DNA of 64,000 nt from Candidatus Omnitrophota bacterium (GCA_022709525.1 JAKLIQ010000003.1:65771-129770), one strand, 5' to 3'. Positions 1 through 10,363 are shown, numbered from the stretch's first letter. Numbers and translations are program-made. The notes: generated by a model not told the origin, from the letters alone.

Positions 1-191
1 CTTCATTCGGGCCGTCCGTCCGGCATTTACGGTTTTTGGAATAAACTTATGATCTATGCCGAGCGGTTGAGCCCGCGGCGCCTTACCGTTTTTGTGACCG
101 GCCTCATGTACCGGTCCGGCAAGAAACCGGCCGTTTAAAGAAAGTTGCGCGGCAACTTCGGGTCGAATACAATAACCCCTCGGTAAAACAC

Positions 192-262
192 GCGGGCATA
201 GCTTAATGGTAAAGTCTCAGCCTTCCAAGCTGACTATGCGGGTTCGATTCCCGCTGCCCGCT
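192..262 (+). tRNA. tRNA-Gly (anticodon UCC)
   Basis: Cloverleaf: acceptor gcgggca/tgcccgc, D-arm gctt..aagt, anticodon stem tcagc/gctga with loop cttccaa (UCC), T-arm gcggg-ttcgatt-cccgc; 71 nt, no encoded CCA. Confidence 0.8.
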
Positions 263-455
263 TTGTTTTCATTAAACCAATGCGGTGCCGTGGCGGTGTA
301 AGGTCAACCGTCTACGGCATGCGCTGCGGGAGGAGAACCTCGACCGCGAATCGAAACCACAAGTTTCGATTTGTTTGCGGTGCCAGCGCATAGGCGATGG
401 CATTCCCGCTGCCCGCTTTGTTTTCATTAAACAAATACGGTGCCGTGGCGGTTTG
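246..455 (+). repeat. ~50-bp direct repeat pair (246-298 and 402-455) comprising last 16 nt of tRNA-Gly plus downstream 35 nt; copies 156 bp apart
   Basis: attcccgctgcccgctttgttttcattaaac[c/a]aat[g/a]cggtgccgtggcggt present twice; second copy lacks rest of tRNA. Confidence 0.7.
343..378 (+). terminator. perfect 9-bp stem-loop (aatcgaaac-cacaa-gtttcgatt) followed by U-rich tgtttg, between the repeat copies
   Basis: inverted repeat read directly; U-tract weak. Confidence 0.3.
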
Positions 456-491
456 GATAACGTGTACGGCAACCGTGCTCTTTTTTAAAGT

Positions 492-1403
492 ATGCCTCTT
501 TTTAAAAAAGCCTACTTCTTTTTAGAATACGGGATTTTTCGAACCGTCGCTTTCCTGCTCCGCCTGATTCCCTTACGCGCAAGCTATAAGATCGCCGGCT
601 TTTTCGGCGTTTTTGTCTCAAGAGCGCTGGGCATCCGCCGCAAGACCATGATGAAAAATCTCCGTCTGGCTTTCGGAACGGAAAAAAGCGAAACCGAACT
701 TTTGCGAATCGCCGAAGAATCCATGCAAAACCTTTTCAAGCTTGTGGTCGAATTCATCCGCACGCCGGAAACTTCCGCGCATCCGGAAAGATACATCGAG
801 CCGCCGGATGTAAGCGCGATCCTTGAAGCGATAAAGCAAAAAGGCGGCTTTGTCGCGATCGTTTCGCATTTTGGGAACTGGGAATGGCTCGCGATCCCCA
901 TCCAGAAATACGGGCTTCATGTGCATGCGGTGGGCCGTCCGCTTAAAAACCCCTTTCTTTATCGTTACATCAAAAAAATGCGCGAGGCGGCGAACCTTTC
1001 AAACATTGAAAAATCCGGCGCGGTGCGTTCTTCGCTTGAGGTCCTCAAAAAGCACGGGATCCTGGCGGTCCTGGTCGATCAGCATGAAAGCCGGGGGTCG
1101 GTATGGGTAAACTTTTTTGGCCGTAAAGCCGCGACAAGCACTCTGCCTGCCATGCTGGCCCTAAAATACGAATATCCGGTTCTTCCTGCCTTTTTTTACC
1201 GCGATGAAAAAGGGCGCTCCAAGATCCGGTACGGGCCGCTTTTCCCGCTGATCAGGACCGGGCATCTTCAAGCTGATCTTTTGGCCAATACCCAGCAATA
1301 TGTCGCCAAGATCGAGGAAGAGGTCCGGAAAAAGCCGGGCGACTGGCTTTGGGCTCACCGCCGTTGGCGGACCTCGCTTTTCGGAGATGCTCAAGAGCCA
1401 TAA
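492..1403 (+). CDS. lipid A biosynthesis (Kdo2-lipid IVA) lauroyl/myristoyl acyltransferase, LpxL/HtrB family
   Basis: 303 aa; HFGNWEW (HX4E acyltransferase motif), N-terminal membrane anchor, family-typical length. Confidence 0.7.
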   Translation: MPLFKKAYFFLEYGIFRTVAFLLRLIPLRASYKIAGFFGVFVSRALGIRRKTMMKNLRLAFGTEKSETELLRIAEESMQNLFKLVVEFIRTPETSAHPERYIEPPDVSAILEAIKQKGGFVAIVSHFGNWEWLAIPIQKYGLHVHAVGRPLKNPFLYRYIKKMREAANLSNIEKSGAVRSSLEVLKKHGILAVLVDQHESRGSVWVNFFGRKAATSTLPAMLALKYEYPVLPAFFYRDEKGRSKIRYGPLFPLIRTGHLQADLLANTQQYVAKIEEEVRKKPGDWLWAHRRWRTSLFGDAQEP

Positions 1404-1515
1404 CCGATTTAACTCATTCCATACCAATGGGTTATAAATATTAGCGGCCTTATATTTTAGACTCGGCGGGCCCCAATCCCTTAAAGCAGCGCTCTGAATA
1501 TAACTTCAGACTCCG

Positions 1516-1544
1516 TTGACTTTCGGCCAAATCTCCATATAATA
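1516..1544 (+). promoter_or_regulatory. sigma70-like promoter TTGACT-17 bp-ATAATA upstream of nusA
   Basis: near-consensus hexamers with 17-bp spacer, ~85 nt upstream of nusA ATG. Confidence 0.45.
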
Positions 1545-1566
1545 GCCCTATTAATTTTGGGAATGC

Positions 1567-1603
1567 GAAGAAGTGGGCGCACGAACCCACTTCTTTTTTT
1601 TCT
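1567..1603 (+). terminator. leader hairpin + T-tract (gaagaagtggg-cgcacgaa-cccacttctt-TTTTTTTT) 25 nt upstream of nusA start; candidate attenuator
   Basis: 10-bp stem followed by 8-9 T; sits between promoter and nusA. Confidence 0.45.
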
Positions 1604-1629
1604 CGGGACATGAAAGGGATAGTGACAAA

Positions 1630-2838
1630 ATGTCGCAGGATCTGCTGGCTTCGCTTGAATATATTGAGAAGGAAAAAGGGATCACCAAAGAGGTCCTTTT
1701 AGACGCGCTCCGTCACGCCCTTTTGTCCGCCTGCCGCAAAACCTCCCCCGAAAAAGCGGAGGCCTTCGATGTGCAGATCGATCCCCAAACCTTCAAGATC
1801 ACCATGCTTCTGGACGGCAAAGAGATCAACGACCCCCGTTTCGGCCGCATCGCCGCCCAGACCGCCAAACAGGTCATCATCCAAAAGATCCGCGAAGCCG
1901 AACGCGAATCCATTTTTAACGAGTACAGCCATAAACAGGGGGATATCGTTTCCGGGAGCGTCCATCGGATCGAGGCGAAGGCCATTATCGTCGATTTTGG
2001 GAAAACCGAAGGCATCTTGCCGGCGCGCGAACAGTCGCCGCTTGATAGTTTCCGTCAGGGGAACATCGTGCGCGCTTATGTCAGCGAAGTGAAAAAAACT
2101 TCCAAAGGCCCCGAGGTGATCCTGTCCCGCACGCATCCGGACCTGGTGGCGCAATTTTTCGCTATGGAAGTGCCCGAGATCCATGACGGGCTTGTGAAGA
2201 TCAAAGCCGTCGCCCGCGAAGCCGGGTCCCGTACCAAGATCGCCGTAGCTTCTACGGACGAAAAGATCGATTGCGTCGGTTCCTGCGTCGGCGTTCGCGG
2301 TCAACGCGTTAAGAATATCGTCCGCGAACTCGGGGGCGAGAAGATCGATATTATCCGCTACAGCGATGACGTGGAAACTTATATCAAAAACGCCATGGCG
2401 CCGGCCGAACTTAAATCGATCAAACTTGATCCCGAACGCCAAAATGCGGAGATTCTTGTCGAGGACGACCAATTGTCCCTTGCCATCGGCAAAAAGGGCC
2501 AAAATGTGCGCCTCGCTTCAAAGCTGATCGGTTGGGAACTTGATGTGCGGAGCGCCGCCCAGATGACGCCGCTCAGCGCGCTCGATGGGGTGGGAGAAAA
2601 AACAGAAGAGCTTCTGAAAGCCGCCGGGATCCAAGGGGTCAAAGACCTCCTGAAGAAGACCGCGCAAGAACTTTCCGAGATTCCGGGTATCGGCCCTAAG
2701 ACCGCAGAGAAGATCATTGCTTCGGCCCAGAAGGCCGTGTCCCGTAAAGAGGCGAAGGAATCCTCGGAGCCGGCAGAAAAGATCGAAAAAGAAGTTCCGG
2801 AAAAAAAAGCAACATCCTCTGAAGAGGAGGGCGCTTAA
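1630..2838 (+). CDS. nusA: transcription termination/antitermination factor NusA
   Basis: 402 aa from ATG with GGGA RBS; S1+KH domains and C-terminal HhH repeats (IPGIGPKTAEKI); followed by infB. Confidence 0.93.
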   Translation: MSQDLLASLEYIEKEKGITKEVLLDALRHALLSACRKTSPEKAEAFDVQIDPQTFKITMLLDGKEINDPRFGRIAAQTAKQVIIQKIREAERESIFNEYSHKQGDIVSGSVHRIEAKAIIVDFGKTEGILPAREQSPLDSFRQGNIVRAYVSEVKKTSKGPEVILSRTHPDLVAQFFAMEVPEIHDGLVKIKAVAREAGSRTKIAVASTDEKIDCVGSCVGVRGQRVKNIVRELGGEKIDIIRYSDDVETYIKNAMAPAELKSIKLDPERQNAEILVEDDQLSLAIGKKGQNVRLASKLIGWELDVRSAAQMTPLSALDGVGEKTEELLKAAGIQGVKDLLKKTAQELSEIPGIGPKTAEKIIASAQKAVSRKEAKESSEPAEKIEKEVPEKKATSSEEEGA

Positions 2839-2839
2839 C

Positions 2840-5020
2840 ATGCCTGAAAAAAAAGAAAAAAAAGCTACTCCCAAAAAAACCGTCAAAGCCGCCGCCGAAA
2901 AAAAGATCGCGCCTAAAAAAGCGGCAACCAAGGCCTCGGCGGTCAAAGCGCCTAAGCCCGTCAAAGAAAAAAAGCCAACTCCCAAGGCCGTTTCCAAAAC
3001 AAAACATGCCGGCGAAACAAAACCTGTTGAGAAAAAACCCGCTCTGGTAGCGGCGCCCGCCCCGGAGGTAAAGATCCACGCGCCCAAGCCGGCCGTTGTT
3101 ACTCCGCCGCCTAAAAAAGAGGCGCCCCCCGTTGCTCCCGCGGCCGTCAAAAAACCCGAGCCTAAGCCCGTTGAGACGCAAAAGCCAAAGTCTGTTCCTG
3201 TGCCGGCAAAACCGGTCATGCAGGAACCGCCGAAGCCCGTCACGCCTCCGCCGCCTCCCGCAAAAGTCGTAGTCGAGGTCCATTTCCCGATTACCGTAGG
3301 GGATCTCGCGCAAAAAATGAACAAAAGGATCCCCGAAGTCATCAAGGCGCTCATGGGGATCGGTATTTTTGCCAACGTCAACCAGCTTCTCAATGAAGAG
3401 ATCGTTTATGCTGGCGCCGAGGCCCTTGGCGTTGAAGTCAGAAAAATAGAGGACGAAGCCAAAGAGGTCATTAAAAGCGTCGATGCAGAAGACCCCGCGA
3501 AGCTTAAACCGCGCCCTCCGGTCGTGACCATGATGGGCCATGTTGATCATGGGAAAACCTCGCTTCTTGACGCGATCCGCAATACCAATGTGGCGGCCAA
3601 AGAAAAAGGATTCATCACACAACATATCGGGGCCTACGGCGTGGATATTCCCGGCAAAGGCCATGTGACCTTTTTGGACACGCCCGGCCATGAAGCGTTC
3701 ACGGCCATGCGCGCCCGAGGCGCTAACGTGACCGACGTTGTCGTTTTAGTGGTCGCGGCCGACGACGGCGTGATGCCTCAGACCATCGAGGCGATCGACC
3801 ACGCGCGCGAAGCAAAATGTCCGATCGTTGTCGCGATGAACAAGATCGATCTTCCGATCGCCAATCCAGCCAAGGTCATGGGCGAACTCCAGAAAATAGG
3901 GCTTGTTCCGGAGGAATGGGGCGGCAAAACGATCGTGGTGAAAGTTTCGGCAAAGACCGGCAAAGGGATCGACGAACTTTTAGACATGCTTCTTCTTGAG
4001 GCCGAAGTGCTTGAACTGAAAGCCGATCCGGACCGTCCGGCAGTGGGTATTGTGATTGAAAGCCATATCTCCAAAGGAAGCGGGCCGGTGGCGAGCGTGA
4101 TCATCCAGAAAGGAACCCTGCGCCTTGGCGACGTCGTTGTTGCGGGGCAATATACCGGTCGCGTCCGCGCCATGAAAAATGACAGAGGCAAGACCGTCCG
4201 CGAAGCCGGTCCCACTTACGCAGTGGAGCTGAGCGGTTTGAACGGTGTCCCCGAGGCCGGCGAAACGGTTTATGCCGTCGCGGATGAAAAGATCGCCAAA
4301 AAGATTACGGAGCAGAAGATCCTCGATCTTCGTGAACGGCAGATGCGCGGCGCCCCGAAACATATGTCGCTTGAAAGTCTCTACTCAAAGATCTCGGAGG
4401 GTAATTTCAAGGAACTGAAGATCATCCTTAAGGCGGACGTGCAAGGTTCGATCGAGGCGCTGACCCAATCGCTGGATAAGATCAGTTCCGATAAATGCCG
4501 GCTTCAGGTCATTCACGGCATCGTGGGCGGCATCAATGAGTCGGATGTGATGCTCGCGGCGGCTTCCGACGCCATCATCATCGGTTTTCATGTGAAGGCC
4601 GACCCGAAGGCCCTTGTGCTGGCTGAAAAAGAAGGTGTCGACATTCATTTCTACAGCATTATTTATGATGCCGTCGAACAGATCCGCAAAGCCATGGAAG
4701 GTATTTTGGAACCGGAGCTCAAGGAAGTGGTTGAGGGCAAGACGAAAGTGCGCCAGATATTCAAATCCTCGAAGATCGGCAATATCGGCGGCGCCATCGT
4801 CATGAAAGGGCGCATTGCGCGTCACCATCACGTGCGGCTTGTGCGCGAGAACGTCGTGATCTTCGACGGGAAACTTTCTTCGCTCAAGCGCTTCAAGGAT
4901 GATGTCAAAGAGGTCACCGAGGGTTATGAATGCGGGCTTTCCCTTGAAGGATTCAACGACCTCCGCGAAGGGGACATGCTGGAATCTTATCGCATCGATA
5001 AGATGGCCGCTAAATTGTAA
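2840..5020 (+). CDS. infB: translation initiation factor IF-2
   Basis: 726 aa from ATG after GAGGAGG; K/P/A-rich N-terminus, G-domain [21 protein letters not shown]. Confidence 0.95.
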   Translation: MPEKKEKKATPKKTVKAAAEKKIAPKKAATKASAVKAPKPVKEKKPTPKAVSKTKHAGETKPVEKKPALVAAPAPEVKIHAPKPAVVTPPPKKEAPPVAPAAVKKPEPKPVETQKPKSVPVPAKPVMQEPPKPVTPPPPPAKVVVEVHFPITVGDLAQKMNKRIPEVIKALMGIGIFANVNQLLNEEIVYAGAEALGVEVRKIEDEAKEVIKSVDAEDPAKLKPRPPVVTMMGHVDHGKTSLLDAIRNTNVAAKEKGFITQHIGAYGVDIPGKGHVTFLDTPGHEAFTAMRARGANVTDVVVLVVAADDGVMPQTIEAIDHAREAKCPIVVAMNKIDLPIANPAKVMGELQKIGLVPEEWGGKTIVVKVSAKTGKGIDELLDMLLLEAEVLELKADPDRPAVGIVIESHISKGSGPVASVIIQKGTLRLGDVVVAGQYTGRVRAMKNDRGKTVREAGPTYAVELSGLNGVPEAGETVYAVADEKIAKKITEQKILDLRERQMRGAPKHMSLESLYSKISEGNFKELKIILKADVQGSIEALTQSLDKISSDKCRLQVIHGIVGGINESDVMLAAASDAIIIGFHVKADPKALVLAEKEGVDIHFYSIIYDAVEQIRKAMEGILEPELKEVVEGKTKVRQIFKSSKIGNIGGAIVMKGRIARHHHVRLVRENVVIFDGKLSSLKRFKDDVKEVTEGYECGLSLEGFNDLREGDMLESYRIDKMAAKL

Positions 5021-5035
5021 TCATTGACCACGGAG

Positions 5036-5092
5036 GCGTTACTGACGGAAGAGGCCGGAACGCAAGCTGGCGCTTTCAGTAACGCTTTTTTT
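5036..5092 (+). terminator. terminator-like structure between infB and rbfA: 10-bp stem gcgttactga/tcagtaacgc enclosing ~30 nt, then TTTTTTT
   Basis: inverted repeat plus T-run read directly; may act as attenuator within nusA-infB-rbfA unit. Confidence 0.35.
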
Positions 5093-5109
5093 ATTCACGG
5101 AGATACGCC

Positions 5110-5466
5110 ATGCAGGGAAAACGGACCGAACGCGTTGCTTCACTTCTTCAAATGGAACTCAGCAATCTTATCCTGGAACGGGTCAAGGACCCGCGCCTCG
5201 GCTTTGTTACCGTGACCCACGTGAAGATCACGCCGGACCTGAAATCCGCCGTCGTGTTCTTAAGTGTCATGGGCGACAAGAAGAAAAAAGAGGAATCGCT
5301 TAAAGTGCTTGAACGGGCCGCGGGATTCCTTCAGCACGAAGTTGGCGTGGCGATCAAGATGCGCTACACGCCGCGGCTTCAATTTGAGTTGGACGATTCG
5401 CTCGACAAAGATTTCGAGATCGGCCAGGTCATCCGCAAGATCAAGGAAAAGGACACGCCCGCGTGA
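5110..5466 (+). CDS. rbfA: ribosome-binding factor A
   Basis: 118 aa; RbfA-typical RVASLLQMELSNLI... KH-like fold sequence; position after infB. Confidence 0.9.
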   Translation: MQGKRTERVASLLQMELSNLILERVKDPRLGFVTVTHVKITPDLKSAVVFLSVMGDKKKKEESLKVLERAAGFLQHEVGVAIKMRYTPRLQFELDDSLDKDFEIGQVIRKIKEKDTPA

Positions 5467-6206
5467 TCGATCCCAATTTCATCGACGGGGTCCTGCTCGT
5501 CGATAAACCCGAGAATTGGACATCGCACGATGTGTGCGCTTTCGTCAGGCGGCGTTTCGGGATCAAAAAAGTCGGGCATGCGGGCACACTCGATCCCCTG
5601 GCGACGGGGCTTCTTGTCCTTCTTCTCGGGAAAGCCACCAAAAGCTCCATGCCCTTGAGCGCTTGCGACAAAGAATATTTTGGCGCTCTGGAGCTTGGCG
5701 TTCAAACCGACTCGCATGACCGTCACGGCAAAGTAGTCGCGGAAGCCCCCTGGGAACACATCACGCTTGAAAAGATCCGCGCGATGGCCGCCGAACGTTT
5801 TACCGGAGAGATCATCCAGGTGCCGCCGATGGTCTCGGCCCTAAAACATGAAGGGACCCGTCTTTATAAACTTGCGCGGCAAGGCAAGACCGTGCCGCGG
5901 GAAGGGCGTCCGGTCACCGTTCATGAATTCCGTTTTGAACGCAAAGACGGAAAGTTCGTGGAATTTTTCGCTTTCGTTTCCAAAGGGACCTATCTGCGCA
6001 CGCTTGCGAACGATCTCGGCGAGGCCTTGGGCTGTCATGCAACGTTGGCGCGTTTGCGCCGCCTGCGGAGCGGGAAGTTCCGTTTGGATCAAAGCGTCAC
6101 GATCGAAGACCTGAAGCATTTCACGCCGGCTCAACTTCGCGAAAAAACACTGCCGCTTACCGCCGCCTTATCTTATGCAGATCATCCAGGATCTCCAAAA
6201 CTATAG
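5463..6206 (+). CDS. truB: tRNA pseudouridine(55) synthase TruB
   Basis: GTG start overlapping rbfA stop; HAGTLDPLATGLL catalytic motif. Confidence 0.9.
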   Translation: MIDPNFIDGVLLVDKPENWTSHDVCAFVRRRFGIKKVGHAGTLDPLATGLLVLLLGKATKSSMPLSACDKEYFGALELGVQTDSHDRHGKVVAEAPWEHITLEKIRAMAAERFTGEIIQVPPMVSALKHEGTRLYKLARQGKTVPREGRPVTVHEFRFERKDGKFVEFFAFVSKGTYLRTLANDLGEALGCHATLARLRRLRSGKFRLDQSVTIEDLKHFTPAQLREKTLPLTAALSYADHPGSPKL

Positions 6207-7149
6207 AACGCGTTCGCCCAAGCCCGTCATTTTAGCGCTCGGCAACTTCGACGGTTTTCATCTGGGCCATCAAAAATTATTGCGTTACGTGGTATCCCAG
6301 GCGCGTCTTCATCGTGGCCTGGCCGCCGTTCTGACATTTCCGCAGCACCCGCACAGCATCCTTCATCCCGGCCGCAAACCCATGATGCTTACCAGCGTCG
6401 AACAGAAACTTTTTTATCTCGCCCAGGCCGGGATCGACCTTTGTTTTTTGCAATCCTTTACCCCCGCGTTCGCAAAAATGACGCCACAGGACTTTGCTCG
6501 GAAGATCCTCGTTAAAAAAATCGGCGTTCGTGAGGTCTGCATGGGTTACGATGCCCATTTTGGCCGCGCAAGGCGCGGGGATACGGCGCTTATGGCAGAA
6601 CTTGCGCGGGCGAACGGGTTCCTTTTCAGAAAAATGGATTCTGTCATGGCCGGCGGTGAACCCGTTTCAAGTTCCCGGGTGCGCGAGCTTCTCATGAAAG
6701 GCGAGATCGAAAAAGCGGGGGAATGCCTCGGCCGTCCTTTCAGCATGTTCGGCAAAGTCGTCCACGGAAAAGGGCACGGTTTTCATCTGGGCTTTCCCAC
6801 CGCGAATCTGGAAGTCCATTCAGAGATCCTGCTCCCGCTCGGCGTCTATATCGCTTCCGCCCGTTTTTTGCCCCGGTCTTTCCTTCGCGGAGCCGCGCCG
6901 GGGAAATGGCTTCCCGGAGCCGCCAATTTCGGTAAACGGCCGACCTATCCTAAAAAGGAAACCCCGCGTCCGGTCCTGGAGCTGCACCTGCTGGATTTTA
7001 AGAAGAAGCTTTACGGAAAAATGATGGAGATCGCGCTTCATCATTTCATCCGTCCCGAGAAGAAATTCTCCAACGAAGAGGACCTGAAAGAGCGGATCCG
7101 GCAGGATGTCCTTTGCGCGCGGCATTATTATAAGAAAAAGCATTTTTAG
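6175..7149 (+). CDS. ribF: bifunctional riboflavin kinase / FAD synthetase
   Basis: 324 aa; N-terminal FAD synthetase GNFDGFHLGHQ motif, C-terminal riboflavin kinase domain. Confidence 0.9.
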   Translation: MQIIQDLQNYRTRSPKPVILALGNFDGFHLGHQKLLRYVVSQARLHRGLAAVLTFPQHPHSILHPGRKPMMLTSVEQKLFYLAQAGIDLCFLQSFTPAFAKMTPQDFARKILVKKIGVREVCMGYDAHFGRARRGDTALMAELARANGFLFRKMDSVMAGGEPVSSSRVRELLMKGEIEKAGECLGRPFSMFGKVVHGKGHGFHLGFPTANLEVHSEILLPLGVYIASARFLPRSFLRGAAPGKWLPGAANFGKRPTYPKKETPRPVLELHLLDFKKKLYGKMMEIALHHFIRPEKKFSNEEDLKERIRQDVLCARHYYKKKHF

Positions 7150-7177
7150 CCACAATATGTCCCAAATGGATAAAACT

Positions 7178-7206
7178 GGACAACCCAAGGGGTCATAGGG
7201 TATACT
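7178..7206 (+). promoter_or_regulatory. putative promoter TGGACA-18-TATACT upstream of rpsO
   Basis: hexamer match only. Confidence 0.3.
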
Positions 7207-7270
7207 CCCGCGACCTCAGAGATGAGAAAAACGACATAACCTAAGAAAAGACAAGGAGTTAGGAAGAAAC

Positions 7271-7540
7271 ATGGCATTGGCAAAGACAAAGAAAAAAGAG
7301 ATCATTTCGAAGTACAAGATCAGCAAGAACGATTCAGGGTCCGATGAGGTGCAGATCGCCCTTCTTACCGAGCGCATCAACGGTCTTTCGGGACATTTTG
7401 AAAAAAACGTCAAAGACCACCACTCGCGCTACGGACTTATCAAGATGGTCAGCCGGCGCAAAAGGCTCCTGAACCATCTCCGAACGGAAGATCCTGAAAA
7501 ATACCAGCAGATCATCGCTCGCCTTGATCTGAGGAAGTAA
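7271..7540 (+). CDS. rpsO: 30S ribosomal protein S15
   Basis: 89 aa; S15 signature; upstream of pnp. Confidence 0.95.
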   Translation: MALAKTKKKEIISKYKISKNDSGSDEVQIALLTERINGLSGHFEKNVKDHHSRYGLIKMVSRRKRLLNHLRTEDPEKYQQIIARLDLRK

Positions 7541-7553
7541 TTTCCTCGTTTTT
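7531..7553 (+). terminator. weak intrinsic terminator overlapping rpsO stop (gaggaa-gtaat-ttcctc-gTTTTT)
   Basis: 6-bp stem + T-run; analogous to the partial terminator between rpsO and pnp known in E. coli. Confidence 0.35.
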
Positions 7554-7610
7554 CAGTCTGCTCTTATCTTGCATAAGTCCCAATCACACAAGCGAAAGGT
7601 GTAATTTCCC

Positions 7611-9797
7611 ATGACAAAGATCGAAAAAGTAACCACTCAGATCGGGGGCCGTGAAATGTCCCTGGAAACCGGCCGCATGGCCAAACAGGCGCATGGCGCC
7701 GTGATCGCCCAATCGGGCGGGACGGTCGTTCTCGCGGCCGTGGTCGCCGGGTCCGACAGCAAGGAGATCCGTGATTTTTTCCCCTTGACCGTCGATTACC
7801 GCGAACGCACGTACGCCGCAGGCAAGATCCCCGGCGGATTTTTCAAACGCGAAGGCCGCCCCTCCGAAAAAGAGATCCTGACCTCGCGGCTGATCGACCG
7901 GCCTATCCGGCCGCTTTTCCCTGAAGATTATCTTAACGAAGTCCAGATCTCGGTGACCGTCCTTTCCGTGGATGGCGAGAATCCGACCGAGATCTTCGCC
8001 ATGAACGCGGCATCGGCGGCGCTTATGGTTTCGGACATTCCCTACACGACCGCCCTCGGCGCGGCCCGTGTCGGTTTGGTGGAAGGACAATTCATCGTCA
8101 ATCCCACGCGCCAAGAGCTTGAAAAAAGCGCCTTAGACCTCGTCGTGGCCGGCACCCTTGAAAAGATCGTCATGATCGAAGCGGGCGCCAAAGAGATCTC
8201 CGAAGAACAAATGCTCGAAGCATTACGGGTCGGCCATGAAGCCGTCAAACAGGCCGTGAAGCTCCAGATGGAACTTGTCAAAAAAACCGGCAGGACGAAA
8301 AAAGAGGTCAAGCCCATCGCGATCCCGGCAGAGATGGAAAAAAAGATCGAAGCCGCGATCGGAAAAGAATTTGAAAAATTATTTTCCAAAGCAACTAAAG
8401 AAGAGCAGGAGGAATTCCTCAAAGGGCTTTACGAAAAGGCCCTGGCGCAATGCGACACCGAGGCAGAAGGTTTTAATGAAGCTCTTGTGAAGATCGCATT
8501 CGCCCGCCTGGAACATGAAAAGATCCGCGATCTCGTACTTTCCACGGGGAAGCGGCCCGACGGGCGCGCGGAACGCGAGATCCGAAAGATCACCTGCGAG
8601 ATCGATATCCTTCCGAGGACCCACGGCTCCTCGCTTTTCACGCGCGGGCAGACCCAAAGCTTAAGCGTGACCACGCTTGGGACAGGCGAAGATGAGCAGA
8701 CGATCGACGCCCTGGAGGAAGAATATTCCAAGCGCTTCATGCTGCATTACAACTTCCCTCATTACAGTGTGGGCGAGGTCGGCGCGAACCGGGGAACCGG
8801 CCGTCGCGAGATCGGCCACGGAGCTCTCGCCTCGCGAGCGCTCGAGCCGGTTATTCCTTCGCAGGAAGAATTCCCTTATACCGTCCGCCTTGTCTCGGAG
8901 ATCATGGAATCCAACGGCTCCAGCTCTATGGCGACGGTTTGCGGCGGAACACTCGCGCTCATGGACGCCGGCGTACCCATCAAGGCGCCGGTGGCGGGCA
9001 TCGCGATCGGGCTTGTCACCGATGAAAAACGCTGGAAAGTCCTGACCGATATCGCCGGCATCGAAGATCATTTGGGCGATATGGATTTCAAAGCCGCAGG
9101 GACCCGCGAAGGGCTCACGGCGCTTCAAATGGATATGAAGATCGCGGGGATCACGGAAGCCCAGCTTAAGGAAGCTTTCGACCAGGCCAAGCAGGCCCGT
9201 TTCAAGATCCTCGATATGATCGCCGCTTGCATCAGCGCGCCCAAGGAGCTCTCAACTTATGCGCCACGCATCACGACGCTTAAGATCGATCCGGAAAAGA
9301 TCGGCGCACTGATCGGCCCCGGCGGAAAAAATATCCGCAAGATCGTCGAAGAGACCGGCGCTAAGATCGACATCGAAGACGACGGCCGCGTTTTTATCGC
9401 CGCGGTCAACAATGAATCTTCGGAAGCCGCCATCGCGCGCGTCCAAGCCATGACCGAGGAAGCCGAAGTGGGCAAGATCTACGACAGCACGGTCCAGAAA
9501 CTCATGCCTTTCGGCGCGTTCTGCGAGATCCTTCCGGGTAAGGACGGGCTTTGCCATGTTTCCGAGATCACCGAAGGATTCGTAAAAAGCGCGGGAGATT
9601 ATCTTCGCGTCGGCGATAAGGTCAAGGTCAAGGTCGTTGGCGTTGACGAACGCGGCAAAATAAGCTTAAGCATCAAACAGGCGGTTCCGGGCGGCATTCC
9701 CATCCTTCCGGAAGACCAGCGCACTGTGGTGGAAGCGGCTCCGCCGAGACGCGATCGCGATGATCGCGGCAGAGGCCGGTCGCGGCGCCGGGATTAA
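7611..9797 (+). CDS. pnp: polyribonucleotide nucleotidyltransferase (PNPase) with Arg/Asp-rich C-terminal tail
   Basis: 728 aa; two RNase PH domains, KH ([11 protein letters not shown]) and S1 domains; tail [18 protein letters not shown]. Confidence 0.95.
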   Translation: MTKIEKVTTQIGGREMSLETGRMAKQAHGAVIAQSGGTVVLAAVVAGSDSKEIRDFFPLTVDYRERTYAAGKIPGGFFKREGRPSEKEILTSRLIDRPIRPLFPEDYLNEVQISVTVLSVDGENPTEIFAMNAASAALMVSDIPYTTALGAARVGLVEGQFIVNPTRQELEKSALDLVVAGTLEKIVMIEAGAKEISEEQMLEALRVGHEAVKQAVKLQMELVKKTGRTKKEVKPIAIPAEMEKKIEAAIGKEFEKLFSKATKEEQEEFLKGLYEKALAQCDTEAEGFNEALVKIAFARLEHEKIRDLVLSTGKRPDGRAEREIRKITCEIDILPRTHGSSLFTRGQTQSLSVTTLGTGEDEQTIDALEEEYSKRFMLHYNFPHYSVGEVGANRGTGRREIGHGALASRALEPVIPSQEEFPYTVRLVSEIMESNGSSSMATVCGGTLALMDAGVPIKAPVAGIAIGLVTDEKRWKVLTDIAGIEDHLGDMDFKAAGTREGLTALQMDMKIAGITEAQLKEAFDQAKQARFKILDMIAACISAPKELSTYAPRITTLKIDPEKIGALIGPGGKNIRKIVEETGAKIDIEDDGRVFIAAVNNESSEAAIARVQAMTEEAEVGKIYDSTVQKLMPFGAFCEILPGKDGLCHVSEITEGFVKSAGDYLRVGDKVKVKVVGVDERGKISLSIKQAVPGGIPILPEDQRTVVEAAPPRRDRDDRGRGRSRRRD

Positions 9798-9801
9798 AGC
9801 C

Positions 9802-10263
9802 ATGAGCGTGGCGAAAGAACAGCTCAGCGTTCTTGTCAAAACGCTCCCTCATTTTGAGGGGCTTCCGCTTCCGCAGCATATGACCGAAGGCGCAAGCGGC
9901 ATAGACCTTTTGGCTGCTTGCCAGGAACCCGTGACGCTTCAACCGGGTGACCGGGCCCTCATTCCCACCGGGATCATCATCGCCCTCCCGAAACATCTCG
10001 AGGCCCAGATCCGTCCCCGGAGCGGGCTTGCCATCAAGCACGGGATCACGCTTCTCAATACCCCCGGCACGATCGATTCCGACTATCGCGGTGAGATCCA
10101 GATCATCCTAATCAATCACGGGAAAGAGGTCTTTACCGTCACGCGCGGCATGCGGATCGCCCAAATGGTCCTTGCCGAGGTGGTAAAGGCGAAGCTCGAG
10201 GTAGTCGATAATCTTGACGGAACTCGCAGGGGCGCCGGCGGTTTCGGCCATACCGGCCACTAA
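9802..10263 (+). CDS. dut: dUTP diphosphatase
   Basis: 153 aa from internal ATG; dUTPase motifs ([26 protein letters not shown]). Confidence 0.9.
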   Translation: MSVAKEQLSVLVKTLPHFEGLPLPQHMTEGASGIDLLAACQEPVTLQPGDRALIPTGIIIALPKHLEAQIRPRSGLAIKHGITLLNTPGTIDSDYRGEIQIILINHGKEVFTVTRGMRIAQMVLAEVVKAKLEVVDNLDGTRRGAGGFGHTGH

Positions 10264-10265
10264 CA

Positions 10266-10363
10266 CAGAGCGCAGAGCGTAGAGCGCATAGAATTCAGGC
10301 TGCTGTTTTCTGTTTCTTGAAATGTTTTACCTCTACGCTCCCCGCTATTCGCTAACCGCTAAG
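10266..10363 (+). repeat. symmetric array: 3 tandem heptads CAGAGCG/CAGAGCG/TAGAGCG (10266-10286) and 3 inverted heptads CGCTAnn (10343-10363; rc nnTAGCG), plus 10-bp inverted repeat gagcgtagag/ctctacgctc
   Basis: read directly; located between dut stop and ftsK start. Confidence 0.55.

Noticed and set aside
1-138. Partial ORF (frame 1) ending at TAA 136-138
   Set aside because: Only 45 codons are visible with no recognisable motif, so the coding status cannot be supported from this fragment.
2714-3691. 325-aa minus-strand ORF antisense to infB
   Set aside because: Low-complexity G/R/F-rich translation mirroring the K/P/A-rich IF-2 N-terminus; it fully overlaps a confidently identified gene, so it is a GC-driven spurious ORF.
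10266-10286. Possible CRISPR or minisatellite from 7-bp tandem repeats
   Set aside because: Only three units with no spacers; better interpreted as a heptad operator or iteron-like array. No CRISPR array exists anywhere in the window.
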